NCBI GenBank assembly: GCA_047967505.1
Contig: CM106538.1
Strand: one strand, 5' to 3'
Source: Dipteris shenzhenensis
Lineage: Eukaryota
DNA: 64,000 nucleotides
How positions within the stretch are numbered: the stretch's first letter is position 1; each line of letters starts with the position of its first letter. The notes under the pieces were generated by a model, which searched no databases, had not been told where the DNA came from, and was given only the letters and a program-made list of their open reading frames with translations. Made by a program: the position numbers and the translations under genes. This document shows positions 25,142-38,551 of this stretch, piece after piece.

Positions 25142-27622
25142 CTTTGATTAGTTGATCATTGCATGAGGCTGCCCTTGACGCCTCCTCGCACACCACGTGC
25201 TCCAACCGTATGCAACCTCTAGGGTCTGTGCCATGCAATAGCTGGTATGATGACGAGTGTAAGGCTTTCCGCTGACAACTCCGATTCGAATCGAAACATG
25301 GTCTATCGAGCGAACCAAACACGTTACGTTAATAAAAGAGTGATATATTCCATTCAAAACAAATCGTACAACAGGTGGGAGAGAAAGTACTTTATCCCTA
25401 GCCTCAACAATGTGGCAAAAAAGCCATGGAGGTGGTCTAAAATGCCACGACATCCCAAAAGGGGTCAAGTGAAAAAATAAAGTGCAGTCCCATGTCCTCA
25501 TGAAGGATATAAGTCTCCCACCAGCTACCAAAGAGGTGCCTGTACACCGCTCCCACTGACTCCTGAGAGTGAAGATAATCTCCGCCCAAATGGAAGCGAG
25601 AGTGTCAGCCTCCGTGCATAAATGGCCCCCAAGGACAAAAGAACATTGCGAACACCATATCCGCCATAGGGTAATGCTGGAAATCACCTCCCAAGCTGAC
25701 CATGCAGCTGAAGTAGGCATGGAATCCTGAGCTGGTACCGGTACCAAAAGTAAATTCTGCGCAGGGCTCCATGATGCTGGCCTCCGTGGGACCCCATCTC
25801 TAGTGATGCTGCATGAAGAAACCGTGGTCTCCTGGCTCTGACTGAAAGAGAGTAAAGGCTCCAGATCCTCTGCCCCAAAGAGCAGCACCCCAAGTCATCA
25901 GAAAGGACTCAGATGTAACATATGAGAACAACCTGAAGATACCTGTTCATACCACTCTAGAGCTGGTGCAACTCCATAAACAATGCTTGCTAGATTCCTC
26001 TGCAAGCTGACAATGCATACACAAGGAGGGTCTACCCATCTACTGGAGCCAAGTATCCACAGGTATGCCCCTATGTATAGTGAGCCAAAGAAAGTAGGAG
26101 ACTTTCCTGGCTCTACTCATGCCCCAAAAGTGGGTCCAGTAGCTCAGCAAGAGCTCTGCAGTTAAGTCCCTGTGCGTGCCAATGCTGGGAGGCAGATGGT
26201 AGGTGATGAGAGTCTCTCTGCTGAAGCCTGTAACCTGCTCTCGTCGAGTACTAGAAAAAAGAAAGAGGACGAGCGCCTGCCACCGGAGCAGGCCATGCCC
26301 ACGCACCTGGGTCCCAGTCAAGCTCCGCAAGAGGTCGACCCTGAAAAAAGTCTCCATCTAATATCCTCTACAATGGTCAACCTAGAAGGATCTGTGGCCC
26401 ATTCCTTACCCAGGCAACCAATGACCCTGACTCTCTGCCAAAGAAGCTCCTGACGATCCAGGGGCTGAGTGGGATACAATCTTTGAGAGGAGTCCGTCTC
26501 AAAATAAATAAACGGTGCCGGTCCTAAACGAACTCCAATGCATAGCCCAACCTCACTAAAACAACCTGCCCAAGTAGAAATGGGATCAACATAGGCTGGA
26601 TCTGTAAGTATATCCCTCCACTCCTGAGGAATAGCTCTCATGATCAGTAATCTGGTGGCAGCAATCTATCCAAGTGGCCCATGTCTATCTGTGATCACCT
26701 CCTCTGACATCTCCACACCTCCCCTGAACCAATATCCGACTATCACAACCCCCTGAGCATGCCATCTGGCCAAGGGAGTCCTAAGTTCTGTACCAAGGGA
26801 AGATCCTTGGTACCGAACCAGGGGGTTATGGTAAAGTGGCTGTCGGGCAATTTCCTCTCTGGAGGAGGAAACTGCTCTGATGAGATGCTGTCGAAAATGA
26901 TCCCATATCTAAATAAGCCTTTTCACAAGTGGTGAGGAAGGCTGAGAATGCTAGTCCGTCAAGAAGATCCAACTGACTCTACCTGCCCACTGACGTGCTG
27001 CTCTGGGGGTGCTCTGGTGAATCCCATGCAGTAGGAACTGCTTCCACGGCTGATCTCCTGGAGTCAAATCTCTAACAAGAAGTTTGACTAAAAGGACTCT
27101 GCTCTGCATCTCCGGATCAAGAACCCCAAGTCCTCCCTGCGAGAAAGGTAAAGTGATAGTATCCCATGAAACTCTGGCCCTAGTGTCCTCAGAACCATTA
27201 CCACCGCTCCACAGAAAGTTCCAAAGCAATCTCCTCACCTGACGAATCGAGTCAGCATGAAAACACCAACATGACGCAACGTAACACGTAGTCGCTAGTA
27301 GAACCTAGTTGAGTACCAACGCTCTTCCGGCCAAAGAGAGTCTAGTCGTACTCCAGTAGGCTAGCTTTCTCCGGATACTCTCAAGAACTCGGGCAAACTA
27401 TTGCATCGGGGACACCTCAATGCCAACCTGGAAGCCTAGATATCTTGTGGAGGTGCCTCTGGGTATCCATACAAAGCCTCTGTCTCCTCCCCATACTGGG
27501 GTATCCTGCTGAGCTCCAGTCCAGATGCCTTTTGATTTGTTCCAATTGACAAGTCCCCCTGAGGCTAGGCAGAACTTGTCAATTGAATCCGCAACAGTAG
27601 CAAGACTATATGCATCTCCTCT

Positions 27623-28960
27623 AAAAACCAACTCTATCCTTGACGTCGCGACCTTCCCGCCTCCCTGCTGCTGCAGCCCCGTCGCCCACGGCCCCTCGCT
27701 GCCCGCGCGCCGCTTCACCCCCCTCCCCCCCGTCTTCCTCCACTTCCCCTCCCTCGCCCTCCTCCACCTCGCCTCGCACCCCTCTTCGATCTAATGGCAG
27801 CAACGGCTGGAGTTCAACAGAACCTCCCTCACCTAGGCCTCCGTAGACCTCGCTTGAGCAACCTCGATCGTGTGATGGTGGGTTCACCTCTAGCGGCAGA
27901 GCTGGCCAGTGGCGGGTTGGGTGGTCTGCACCCTTTGCCCTCTTGTTGGGGCATGCTTCGTTCGAGTAGGGCTTGCAGGTGCAAGTTGCTTTCTCTTGCC
28001 ACCCGTGGCTTGGGGCATTGCATCTCCTCGGAGGGAAGCATTGTTGGCTGTAGCTTGCTCCTCCACCCCAGTGGCTTGCATCACCTGCACCTTCATCGCA
28101 GCAACAGAAACATCTTTCAGGAAGCGTCATGTGTGCTCGGGACCTTTTGTCGAGGAAAGGTTTGGTACTACCTCGAGCTCAAGGAGATAGAGATGCGAGA
28201 TGCCTGCCCTTATGGTGGTCAAGAGCTCTTCTTGATGGTCAAGCTCGACAACAGGGATCCTGGCGCTTCCGATCTCGGAGCTACACTGGCTCGTGGAACC
28301 TTGCTACCTTGACGTGGCTTCACTGCTTTCCTCCTAGCAGGGTTCTTGATCGTGGTTGGCGCCTTGGTCATGGTCGGCCTCGATTGCTGGATGTTGACCC
28401 AGAGGAATCATATCAGTTGATGGTTCACTGTCTCAAAGACTTTCTACCCACAGGGCGGCGGCTCATGGCTCTATCCGCAGGGCTGCTGGACTTGATCCCT
28501 TCTCTTGGGGCTCTACTCTTTCTTGTCATACCAGGAGGCACCCCAACTGGGTTGAGGCCTGCAGATGCGTGGAGCGGGCTACTGGAGTGCGGACTCGCCC
28601 CCCGCCAGGCAGTGGTTGCTCATGCAGGCGGGTCTTTTCCTATTGGTGCCCTCGGGCGGGCTCGATGGATGGGAGCTCAGCGGAGGAGGGATCCATACCT
28701 TCTTGGATCACGAGTACCTCCAGGATTCACTTCATCAGGGATCCGTAGCTTTTTTGGTTTCGTGGTTTACTGCTTTTCAGAAGACCCAGATTAGGGCTTG
28801 TTGTTTTGACAACATTTTGCAACAGTTTTATGCTTAGCCCTGTGTGGCTTGTAGTTTCGTGGGTGGGAGTTATCCCTGCGCTTCAGCATTGCTGTTGAGT
28901 CTCTTGTAATCCTTGTCTCGAAAGTAATATAATTAGCCCTTCTTTTTGCGGAAAAAAAAA
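27623..28960 (+). mobile_element. 1.34-kb non-autonomous L1-dependent element (HAL1/SINE-like)
   Basis: Perfect 13-bp TSD ATGCATCTCCTCT (27610-27622, 28961-28973), C-rich 5' end, poly(A), terminal 60 nt similar to the intact L1 3' end, no EN or RT. Confidence 0.88.
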
Positions 28961-30342
28961 ATGCATCTCCTCTGATTGTCAGTGCCGTATCATCAGCAAA
29001 CTCAGTGTCCAGAAGCTCCTGCTCTTGCCGGATAGGCAGATGAAGGCCCAAAGTGTCATGACTGGTAGCCTGCATAAAGTATCCCATAGCCTCCGCTACG
29101 AAAAGGAAAAGGTAAGGTGCAAGCGGGCATCCCTGTCGTACCGATCTGGATAGCTGAAAAGCCGGTCCTCTGTCTCCATAGACCACCATCCTGCTAGAAG
29201 AGTGAGAGTAAAGTAAGGAGACCCATAAAATCCATCTATCACTGAAGCCTAGCCTCCTCATAGTGCCTTTCAAGAAACCCCAGTCCACCCTGTCATAAGC
29301 CTTCTCAAAATCGAGAAGGAGAACTGCAATCTCCTGCTGACTCTCCTTCACCCAGTGAGTGGCCTCCCAAAAAGTGAAGATATTATCCAAGATACTCCGA
29401 TCTTGGACAAATCCTGTCTGAGTAGCTCTGATGATATCTAGCACAGGCTTTAAACGAAGGGCCAAGGGCTTCGCTAGGATCTTGTAGGCTGTCCCTAGAA
29501 GTGTAATGGGTCTCCAATTACGTAGGACTGTCTTGTCTCCGGGATGAGACAAATCATACCTGTGCATAATGTCTCGCCCAAAGATCCTGCATCGAGAGCC
29601 TCTGAAAAGGCAGAAAGTAGATGAGGCCCAATCGTATCCCAGAGAGCTCTAAAAAGAAGTGGCAACAAACCGTCCTCCCCCGGGCATCTGTCTCTGGCCA
29701 GTTCATGTAACGCATCCGTGATCTCCAGGAGTGATAGTGGGCTATCCAAAACATGACTCATCCTATCTGAGACCATCTGGGGGACATGACTCCAAATCTC
29801 CTCTCTGGCTGTTATCATCTCCTCGGTGACTGGATTGGCGGTGTAAAGAGTGGAATAGAAACCAGAAGTGATCTCAACAAGACGATGAGGATCCGTCTGA
29901 AGAGACCCGGCCTCATCCACAAGTCTACGAAGACTGTCCGAAGAGTATCTCTGACCCATTGCCCTGAAGAACTCTCTAGAGCATCTATCCCCCTTCTGGA
30001 TCCAGAAAGTCTACTGGGAGTAAAACCTGAACTGGGCCCTTCTACCCTGAATCTCCTCTAGCCTCTCCTGAGCCTCTGAAAGCTGCCCTCTAATGAAAAG
30101 AGAATGAGGAAAGCTCTGAATCAATCTCTGAAGTCTGGATACCTCCGCTTTTGCTTTCCGATCTCTGATTCTGAGCTTTTCCTTCTCCTCTTTTGCCCTC
30201 AACTGGCAGGCCATGCTGACTCTAGCCAAAGCCTCCTCTACCAACATCAACCAGCCCTGATCCACAGGAGTGTCCTCTGACAACCAAGCCTCTCTCAACC
30301 GTTCCACGAACTCTGTGTCTTGAAAAACAAAATCCGAAACTC

Positions 30343-33300
30343 CTTTTTTTTTTCCAAAAAAGAGACTTCTATAAACCTGCCAGAGCAAGCTCTGTGCGGA
30401 AATACACCATGCTAAGCATGTAATAAAAACACCTCAGAGGAATGAGGTAGAAAGAAACCAAGGCTGAGGCTGAAAATGCCATCTCAACCCTGTAGAAGTC
30501 TCAGCAAAGAAGGGAGAGTCTCTCCAATCTCTGAGAAAAGTAACTCTCTTCCTGGAGGAGGTTGCTCGAGATGATCCTTGCATGGTCGCCCAAATGGCCA
30601 TCAGAGTGTGTATCGTATCTGTCCAAGTACTGGCCAAGATCTGAGAAGGGTGAACCTAAGAACCCTCCAAAGCCTCAGTGCACCTGGCTCTCCAAATGTG
30701 CCATGCTGCAATGCTAGCTAGGATCTCCCATGGAGAGTCGACCGAGGAGTGAGCAGCCCTGAAAAGAGTGCCCGGAACGTCCTCTAGAGAGCACGACTCC
30801 ACAAGGTGTCATCGGATGTGAAGAGCCCAAGAGGAGTCAAGTCTCTCAAAAAATACCTGGGGCCCTGAAAGAGTAAGCCAAGCCACTGATCCCCAGGTCA
30901 AATAGAAAGGTAGGCGAACAAAATTCCATATGATTCTCGCGTGTCTGCAATCCCATAGGCAGTGGTGTATTGTCTCGAAAGCAGAAAGGTAGCGAGGGCA
31001 AGAAGGGTCAGCTCCGAACTTGGATCTCCAATGGTTCACTGCTATCCCACCATGAATAAAAAGCCAAAAGAAGAGAGTGATTTTTCTATTCCAGTGGGAT
31101 TTCCAGAGCCTCTGCCAAAAAATTCTTTGCAAGTCAGCAGAAATCTGAAAGTTCTCCCAATGAGGAGCTCTGGTAGGCTTCCAACCCCTAGAGCTGAGCT
31201 GGGATTTCCTGGCATTACTGACCGTGTAACGAAAGAAGGGGATGCCCTTCTCTCGGTGCCCTTCATCTATCCATTCCCATTCCCTAGGGTCCCACTGCAA
31301 AAACTTAATTGGGACACCTCCATAGAGCCACAGCCTGCTTGAGCCAAGGGCGAGGAGAAGCGGGTCAAGATCCAAGTACCAGTGTGAAAGAGCGCCATGC
31401 TCCATGAAGCCCACTATCCTGACTGGCTGAAACGGTACCTCCAACAAGATATCGTCTGTGGATCTAGACAGCATGCCCCCCGAAGAAACATCAAAGACTA
31501 AGGCATCCTCATGTGGGTCAAGAAAAGCAATCACCTGTAAAGGAACTCCCAATCTGGAAAATGCCCCCATCCAGGTGGAGCAAGTAATAGGCATGTCATC
31601 TGTGTCCACCCAATCCAAGGGCAAGGCTGCATCAATCTGTTGGACTCTCCCTGCACTCCCTCTGAGATTAAGAACCATCTTGGCCTGTTGGTCTGCATGA
31701 AGCTTCCTGAAGGCTTTCCATGCTCCCACTGTAGATGCAGGGCCCCTCTCACATCTTGGCCATTGCATGTAAGGAGAAGCTCCAAGTGGTCTACCAAGCT
31801 CATCCAAAATCCTGTCATTCCACATGATAGGCTGCCTTTCAATCTCTTCACGAGTGGATGGGGGAATCTTGCGAAGAGTACTCCTGAAGCTGGCCCATGC
31901 TTTTAGGATAGCAACCATAAGAGGGGAAGAGGGAGACCTGAGGTGGGCTGTGGTGAAAACCCATCTAGTACTGTGTCTCCAATCCTCTCCTGAAGTGGGC
32001 GTGCGAGACTGTATGCATCTGATAAAAAAATCCTTCCAAGGCTCTTGTCGTAGCATAAGCCCTCTCACAACGAACTTGCAAAGTAAAGCTCTGCACTGTA
32101 GATCTGGGTCGATGACATTCAAACCCCCTTCTCTTGTAGGAAGAATCAAGGTCTCCCAAGCCACCCTGGCTGTAACATCAGTTGTGCCATCTAGACCACT
32201 CCATAAAAAGTTTCGTACAGGCCTCTTAAGCTGAGTGATACAATCCCTAGAGTGGCACCAACAAGAGCATACAAACCATGCTGTGGCTAGAAGAACCTGG
32301 TTAGCCACCACCACCCTGGAGGCCAAGTCAAGTTTGGCTGAGCTCCAGAAAAGGAGCTTCCTTCTGATGCTTTCCAACACCGGAGCGAACTGTTGTGAGG
32401 GAGAGATGCCCACCCCAACCTGGCAGCCCAAATATCTGACGGAGAAGCCCCTCTATACCCAAGTGAAGCCAATATCATTACCCCAATCTGGTGTGTCATC
32501 CTCGCAAATCCAAAAACCACCGGATTTATGCCAATTAATGTGTGCACCTGTAGCCGTGCAAAACAAATCAAGGGCTGTCCGGAAGGAAGTGAGTGTCCTG
32601 GGGGAGGCATCCAAAAAAACAGCCGTGTCATCTGCCAACTCACTATCCAAGAGCTCTTCTTCCCGGCGGATAGGAAGCCTCAGCCCATAAAAATCAGCGT
32701 GAGATCTAATGTAGATACTCATAGCTTCCGCCACAAACAGAAAAAGAAACGGGGCAAGAGAACATTCTTGGCGGACGGATCTGGAAATCTGAAACCTGTC
32801 CCCTCTTACCCCCCCAATGAGCAACTGCTATGGGCTGATCTGTAGAGAGAGGATACTCCTCTAATCCATGCATCTGAAAAACCAAAGCGAGATAGAGTAC
32901 CCTCTAAAAAATCCCAATCTACTCTGTCGTAAGCTTTCTCAAAGTCCAAGAGTAGAATGGCCAATCTCTGGCGGCTCTACATGGCCCATTTTGAGGCCTC
33001 CCAAAATGAGAAAATATTATCAAAAATACTTCTGCCATGCACAAACCCTGTCTGTGTGTCATGAATCAAATCTAGAAGAAAAACCTGTAGCCGCAGATTG
33101 ATGGCTTTCGCCAGAATCTTGTAAAAAGTGCCCAAAAGAGTGATGGGTCTCCATTGAGACACAAGATTCCTATTACCCCCCTTGGGATGAGATGAATGAG
33201 ACTATCTGTAAGTGAGTCCGGCATCACACCAGAGTCCCACACGCCCTGCAGGGTTGATGTAATGTGATCACCAATTTGCTCCCAAAAAGTAATAAAAAAG

Positions 33301-36071
33301 GAGGGGGCAAGTCCATCTGAACCTGGACACTTGCCCTTGTGAAGGGCAAGTAATGCAGTCTTGAATTCTGCATTGGTGAAAGGTGCATCCATAGAAACAT
33401 ACATCTCATCCTTCACCAATACAGGGATACACTCCAAATAACCTCTCTGGCATCGTCAATGGCATGTGTGCCTGGATCTGCATTAAGAAGGGATGCAAAA
33501 AAATATGAAGCTACACGCATGACAGCATCAGGATTTGACTGTAACACCCCATCTGAGTCAAGAAGCTGCAAAACACTATCTCTACTATGTCTGGGCCATG
33601 AGTAGAGAAAAAGTGTTTGTTGACCTTGCCACCCATCTGAATCCAAAAGGATTCCCGTGCATGAAAGGCATACTCTGCTCTCTGATCCAACAATGTCTAC
33701 AAATGAGCCCTTGCTACAGCAAGGTGCTCCTGAATCCAAGCATCTGTGGGCCTCTTTTGCTCTTCCCTCTGAAGGGACGCTAACTGTTGGCGTATACCAA
33801 TCTCACATGTGAGAATCTCACGTCTCCTAGAATCATCGACTGAATGATAATAGTCATTAATTTCGGATAAGGCTGCAGCTACTTGAGATGGATGGACAGC
33901 TCCACCCTGTATGTGAGAAACCCAAATTTGTAAAATATCCTCCGTGAGGCTCTCCTCTGCATAAAAAGCATCCAGAATCCTGACACTGGCAGAGCGTCCT
34001 CTCCGATGAGGCTCAAGAATCTGCAACACCACTGGAAAATGATCTGAGGTGGAAACCCCAGTAGAAATGCATACAGATCCTCCTCTGTCAAGTGCCTAAT
34101 CGTCTACATAAAATCCGTCAATCCGTGCATGAATGGGCATGTGTATTCTCCTGTTCGACCAAGAGTACAGGAGTGACTGTGGCATAATATGAAAGGCATC
34201 ATCAACCAAGTGTCTCTGCCACTGAATTAAAAGAGAGAGGCATCCCAGGCTGCCCTCTCCAAAGAATTCCACCCCGTCTGCACTGACTGCCTCTGCCAAG
34301 GAAGAAGGCATGCCAGGAAGGGAGGGGATTTCCGTGACCACTCCGAATGTGGCTCCGATAGTGGCAAGCAGACGATGGTAGACCTAAGGAAGACCAGGAA
34401 ACCTAATGAACAGTGATGTGACCTGCCTGTCCTCCTCGACTGGATCGAAGCCCAAGGTGTAGGGCAAAAGAAAGATCCTCCTCGAACCCAAAGCCAGGGG
34501 ATTAGCTTTGAGAACAAGGGTTGTGGACTCGTGGGAGTCGAAAACCACTTGGAAGAATCCACGTCCCAAAAGTCGAATATCCCTGAGATGAGGGGCGAGG
34601 TCTCCTGGTAACGCCGCCAGCATCCAGTCTCTAGCCTGTGATCTGGAAGGGTGTGACCCAAAGATGCGGGCGAAAAGTGATGTGGAGCCCTCTAATTCCA
34701 CATCTTTCTTGAGCTGCTGCAGCTCGTCTTCTGAAAAAGTGACGGTTCTCGCGGCTGGTGGAGGTGGACGGAGATTGGCTGAATGGGGATCCATTCACCA
34801 ATCGATGTGAAAAGGCTGATTCCAACACTGAAAAAGCTCCGTCTGTGAAACTACTGCCCAGGATGCCCTGAACGCGGGCGCAGGAAGAAGGAGAAAGAGA
34901 GGGTAGGAGAGAGGGGAAGGGAAGGGAAAGAGAGGGGCAGGAAGAAGGAGAAAGAGAGGGGAGGAGAGAGGGGAGACGGAGGTAGGCTGAGGGGGAGGCG
35001 TGGGGAGCTAAGATAGGAAGGAAGGGGGCGGGGAGGGAGAGGTAGGAGGTCACCTTGGGAGGGAGAGCGTGGGGGAGGGAGGGGGGCGGGGGAGGAGAAG
35101 GGGGCGGGAGGGCTGGCGGGGGAGAGGGAGGGCAGAGGAGAAGGGGGCAGCAGGGAGGGGGAGAGTAGCGGGGGGGGAGAGGGAGGGCGAGGGAGGGGGG
35201 CAGGGGAGGAGAAGGGGGCGGGGGGGCTGGCGGGGGAGAGGGAGGGCCGAGGGGAGGGGGGCAGCGGGGGAGGGGAGAGGAGAAAGGGGCAGCGGGGAGG
35301 GGGGCAGTGGGGGGGAGGGCTGGCGAGGGAGAGGGATGACGGGGAAGGGGACGGGGGAGGAGAAGGGGGGCGGGGGGGCTGACGGGTGGGGGAGAGGTTG
35401 GGCGGGGAGGGAGAGGTAAGGGGTAGCGGGGGGGGGAGAGGGAGGGCAAGGAGGAGGAAGGGGAGAGGGAGGGTGAGGGTGGAGGGAGAGGGGGCTGGCG
35501 AGAGGGGAGGGAGAGGAGGAGCAGCGAGGGGGGGAGAGGGGGGGGCAGCATGGGAGAGGGAGAGGGAGAGGGGGCTGGCTGAGAGAGGGAGAGGGAGAGG
35601 GAGAGGGGGCTGGCTGAGAGAGGGAGAGGGAGAGGGAGAGGGGGCTTGCTGAGAGAGGGAGAAAGAAAGAAAGAAAGAAAGTTTATTAAAGTCTTCGGGA
35701 GACCGTGAAGGTCTATGAGACTAAAGATAACTAATACAATGAGCATAACGGTGGTGGTCTCAAAACGGGCCAACCAACCGTTTCTACAAAAAAAGGAGGT
35801 TATGAAGGACTATGTGTCTAGTCCTGATACAAAAAATATATGTGTCTACCTCCAGATGATACAAAGAAGAAGAAGGGGGGGGCACAAAAAAGTGGGGCAG
35901 AGGAGGGAGATACAATATACATGTGCAGGTGGTGATCGTCAGAGACCAATCATAGAGGGGCCATCAAATGGGAAGTCGGAAAAAACCCTGCGATAGATGA
36001 TTGGCCTCTGACGTCACGGGGAGTAGCTCACGGGGAGAAGCAGCAGCTCATCCACATACAAAAAGCTTTTG
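30343..36071 (-). mobile_element. L1 family A copy A2, 5'-complete with internal deletion (ORF1 DUF4283 fused to mid-EN)
   Basis: Poly(T) 30344-30353; ORF2 pieces 30434-34280; ORF1 start 34794; C-rich leader; decayed TSD AAATCCGAAACTC (30330-30342) / AAGTCTGGAACTC (36072-36084). Host ORF2 rejoins as FVRVPDF|VFQDTEF. Confidence 0.88.
34880..35680. repeat. G/A-rich low-complexity tandem tract (C-rich 5' leader of A2)
   Basis: About 800 bp of GGGAGAGGGAGGG-type units just upstream of A2 ORF1. Confidence 0.9.
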
Positions 36072-38023
36072 AAGTCTGGAACTCTCACAAAGCCTGTGCT
36101 CTCTAATCGAGAGGTAGGGAGAATCTGTAATAGGATTGGAGCATGGTCAAATAAAACATAACGCGGGCGGATCCCAATCTGTCCTCTGGCCTGGCCCCAT
36201 TGGCCAATATAAAACCTGTCAAGTCTAACCAAAGAGAGAGAGCCATGGAAAACCCCGGACCAAGAGAACTGAAGACTGTCAGCCAAGTGACGAAAGTCGT
36301 CCAATCGAGCTGCATCATGAAGTCCAGCATGCAAAACAAAACTATCCCACTCCACTCTCTCTCTATCAGAAAGGCCACCCTCTGTCTGGCCCGACTTTCT
36401 TCAGAGAATTCAACCATGTTGAAATCTCCTCCAACAATCCAAGTGTCTGCCTGAGGAAGGGACTCTCTGAGGTGTCTCCAAAAAGCACATTTGCGGGCTG
36501 GATCGGTGGGAGCATACACATTGAGAACACCAACTGCTGTGCTCTCAATCTGAAGAATAACATAGCATGCCCTGCTCTCCACTAGAGTACCCTCTTGGGT
36601 GATCTCAGGGGCCCACCTGGCTGAAACTGAAATGCAAACCCCTCCCCTCGTACCATCCGATGGGCTCCAATATGTCCGGCTCTGTCCTCTGGGTAAGGAT
36701 CTGCATCTGTCAATCCTGTCCTGGGAGAGCTTATGCTCCTGGATAAGCACAATGTCTGGAGGGGACCCTGAGGAAATAAACCGAAGGGAGTCCCTGAGCA
36801 ACTGCAATCTAGGAACTCCCGATCTATGACCATCTGCATCTGAGATAAATCTGCAGCCGTTCAGTCCTCTCACATTCCAAGAAATGATGGACAGCCTAGA
36901 CATCGGATGGAAGTGAGGGGATGCCAGTGGCAGCGGCACAAATGACTCTCTCTGACGGCGCAATCCAAAGTCGGTCTCTGATCAAGCTCCAAATCTGCCC
37001 CAACTCATGTAAAATGGCTCCATCCAAGGGAATAATACTTTGGCGCAAAGTGAGGAGCTGAAAGTCAAACCAACCAGCAATCCTGGGCAAATCAAAGTCT
37101 CCCTGAACCTCAAATAATATAAACAGAAAGGCCCTGCCACCAAAGCCAAGTCGAAGAGTCCTAGGGCAAGAATGAATCTGCGAGCCAACAATACGGTGAA
37201 CCGATGAAAACTGAGTCATGCTTAAAAGCTGTCATGCAATCTCGCTGTCAAGTAGCTCAGCTGACCAGCTTTCGCTCCCCCGAGAACGAAAGCTGCCTGC
37301 GGAGAAACGAAGAATGTGCCCCTCTCTGGATAGAGTAACAGATCCCAAGTACTCCTCTACCTTCTCTGATCGTCGACAAAATACCGGGAGAAGTTCCAAT
37401 CTAGCGAGGGAGTTTGTGGAAACCCCTCGAGCCAAAAAAGGACCAAAACTCAACGGGCAGATCTCTGTCAACCATCCTGGGGTCAGGTGTAGGAGTCAGA
37501 AGAGCTGAAAAGGGCTGAGCCATCCTAACTCTGCATTTGGAATAGGTGAGAGGGAGAGGAAGAATTTGCGACGAGGTGCCTGTAAGCATGGGTGAATGAA
37601 AATCTGGCTCGATCTCATCTGCCAGGATCTCCCAACCCTCACACCTGTTTGGGTATTGAGTGAAATCTGTGACCGCACTCACAAAAGATCTGGATAAACC
37701 AGGAGTGAAAAGCTGCGAGGATGAGGCTATACTGGGAGTGGTGTCTAAGAGGATGCTCCGCATAGCAACAAAAGAAGGTACTGTGCGACGGGGAAGAGAA
37801 AGAGGTCTCGAGGGAACCTCATACAGGCGCATGAGATCCTGGGACGCGGGCTCTGACTGTGACCTATGTCGTGAAATACCTCTCTCTCAATGGACTGCTG
37901 GGAAGAGGCATCCATCACCGTAACTGCAGCTTGAGCAGTCTCCTACTGAATAACTGTCTCAGAAACCAATATCTGAACCTCCGGGGTAGAAGTGTCAAGA
38001 GTCATCAAATCCTAAGCTACTGT

Positions 38024-38205
38024 CTCCTACACAGTGTGAGGACCTGCCTGCGGATGGTCCTCTGCATCTCCCCTTTCCGAGGTCTCCTGCATGTGTGTCT
38101 CAACTCCCTGAGCTACCATCTCCTGCATAGTGTCAAGATCTGCCTGCGGACGGTCCTCTGTATCTCCCCTTTCTGGGGTCTTCTGCACACGTGTCTCAAC
38201 TCTCT
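38024..38205. repeat. 96-bp tandem duplication in the L1-B ORF1 linker
   Basis: CTCCTACACAGTGT at 38024 recurs as CTCCTGCATAGTGT at 38120. Confidence 0.8.
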
Positions 38206-38551
38206 GCCATCTGTGAGCTCGTACCTGGGGCTGCTTGTACTGCTCACTCTCCCTCTGTCTCCGTCTCCTCCGAGCTCTCCGTGAAAGCTGTTCCACTGGA
38301 GGCACCTCCAAGTCCTCTGAGTTCACTAGAGACTACCCTAGAGGAGTCTCCTCTCGCTTTGCTGAATGAGTCGAAGCAGGCTCAGAGACCCCTGGAGGTT
38401 GAGCTGTAGGTTTTGGGTCACTCGTAGGATGAGATGTATCTGGAGTCTCTGATCGAGGCCGACGACTTGGGCAATCCCTAATAAAGTGACCTCTCTTCCG
38501 ACAGAAAAGACACTGATCAGGAAGACCCTCGTAGAAAACCCTTTGCTGCAT

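Noticed and set aside
34631-35773. Long Pro-rich or Gly/Arg-rich ORFs (also 42283-43089 and 51315-52105) resembling extensins
   Set aside because: Artefacts of stop-free low-complexity L1 leaders.
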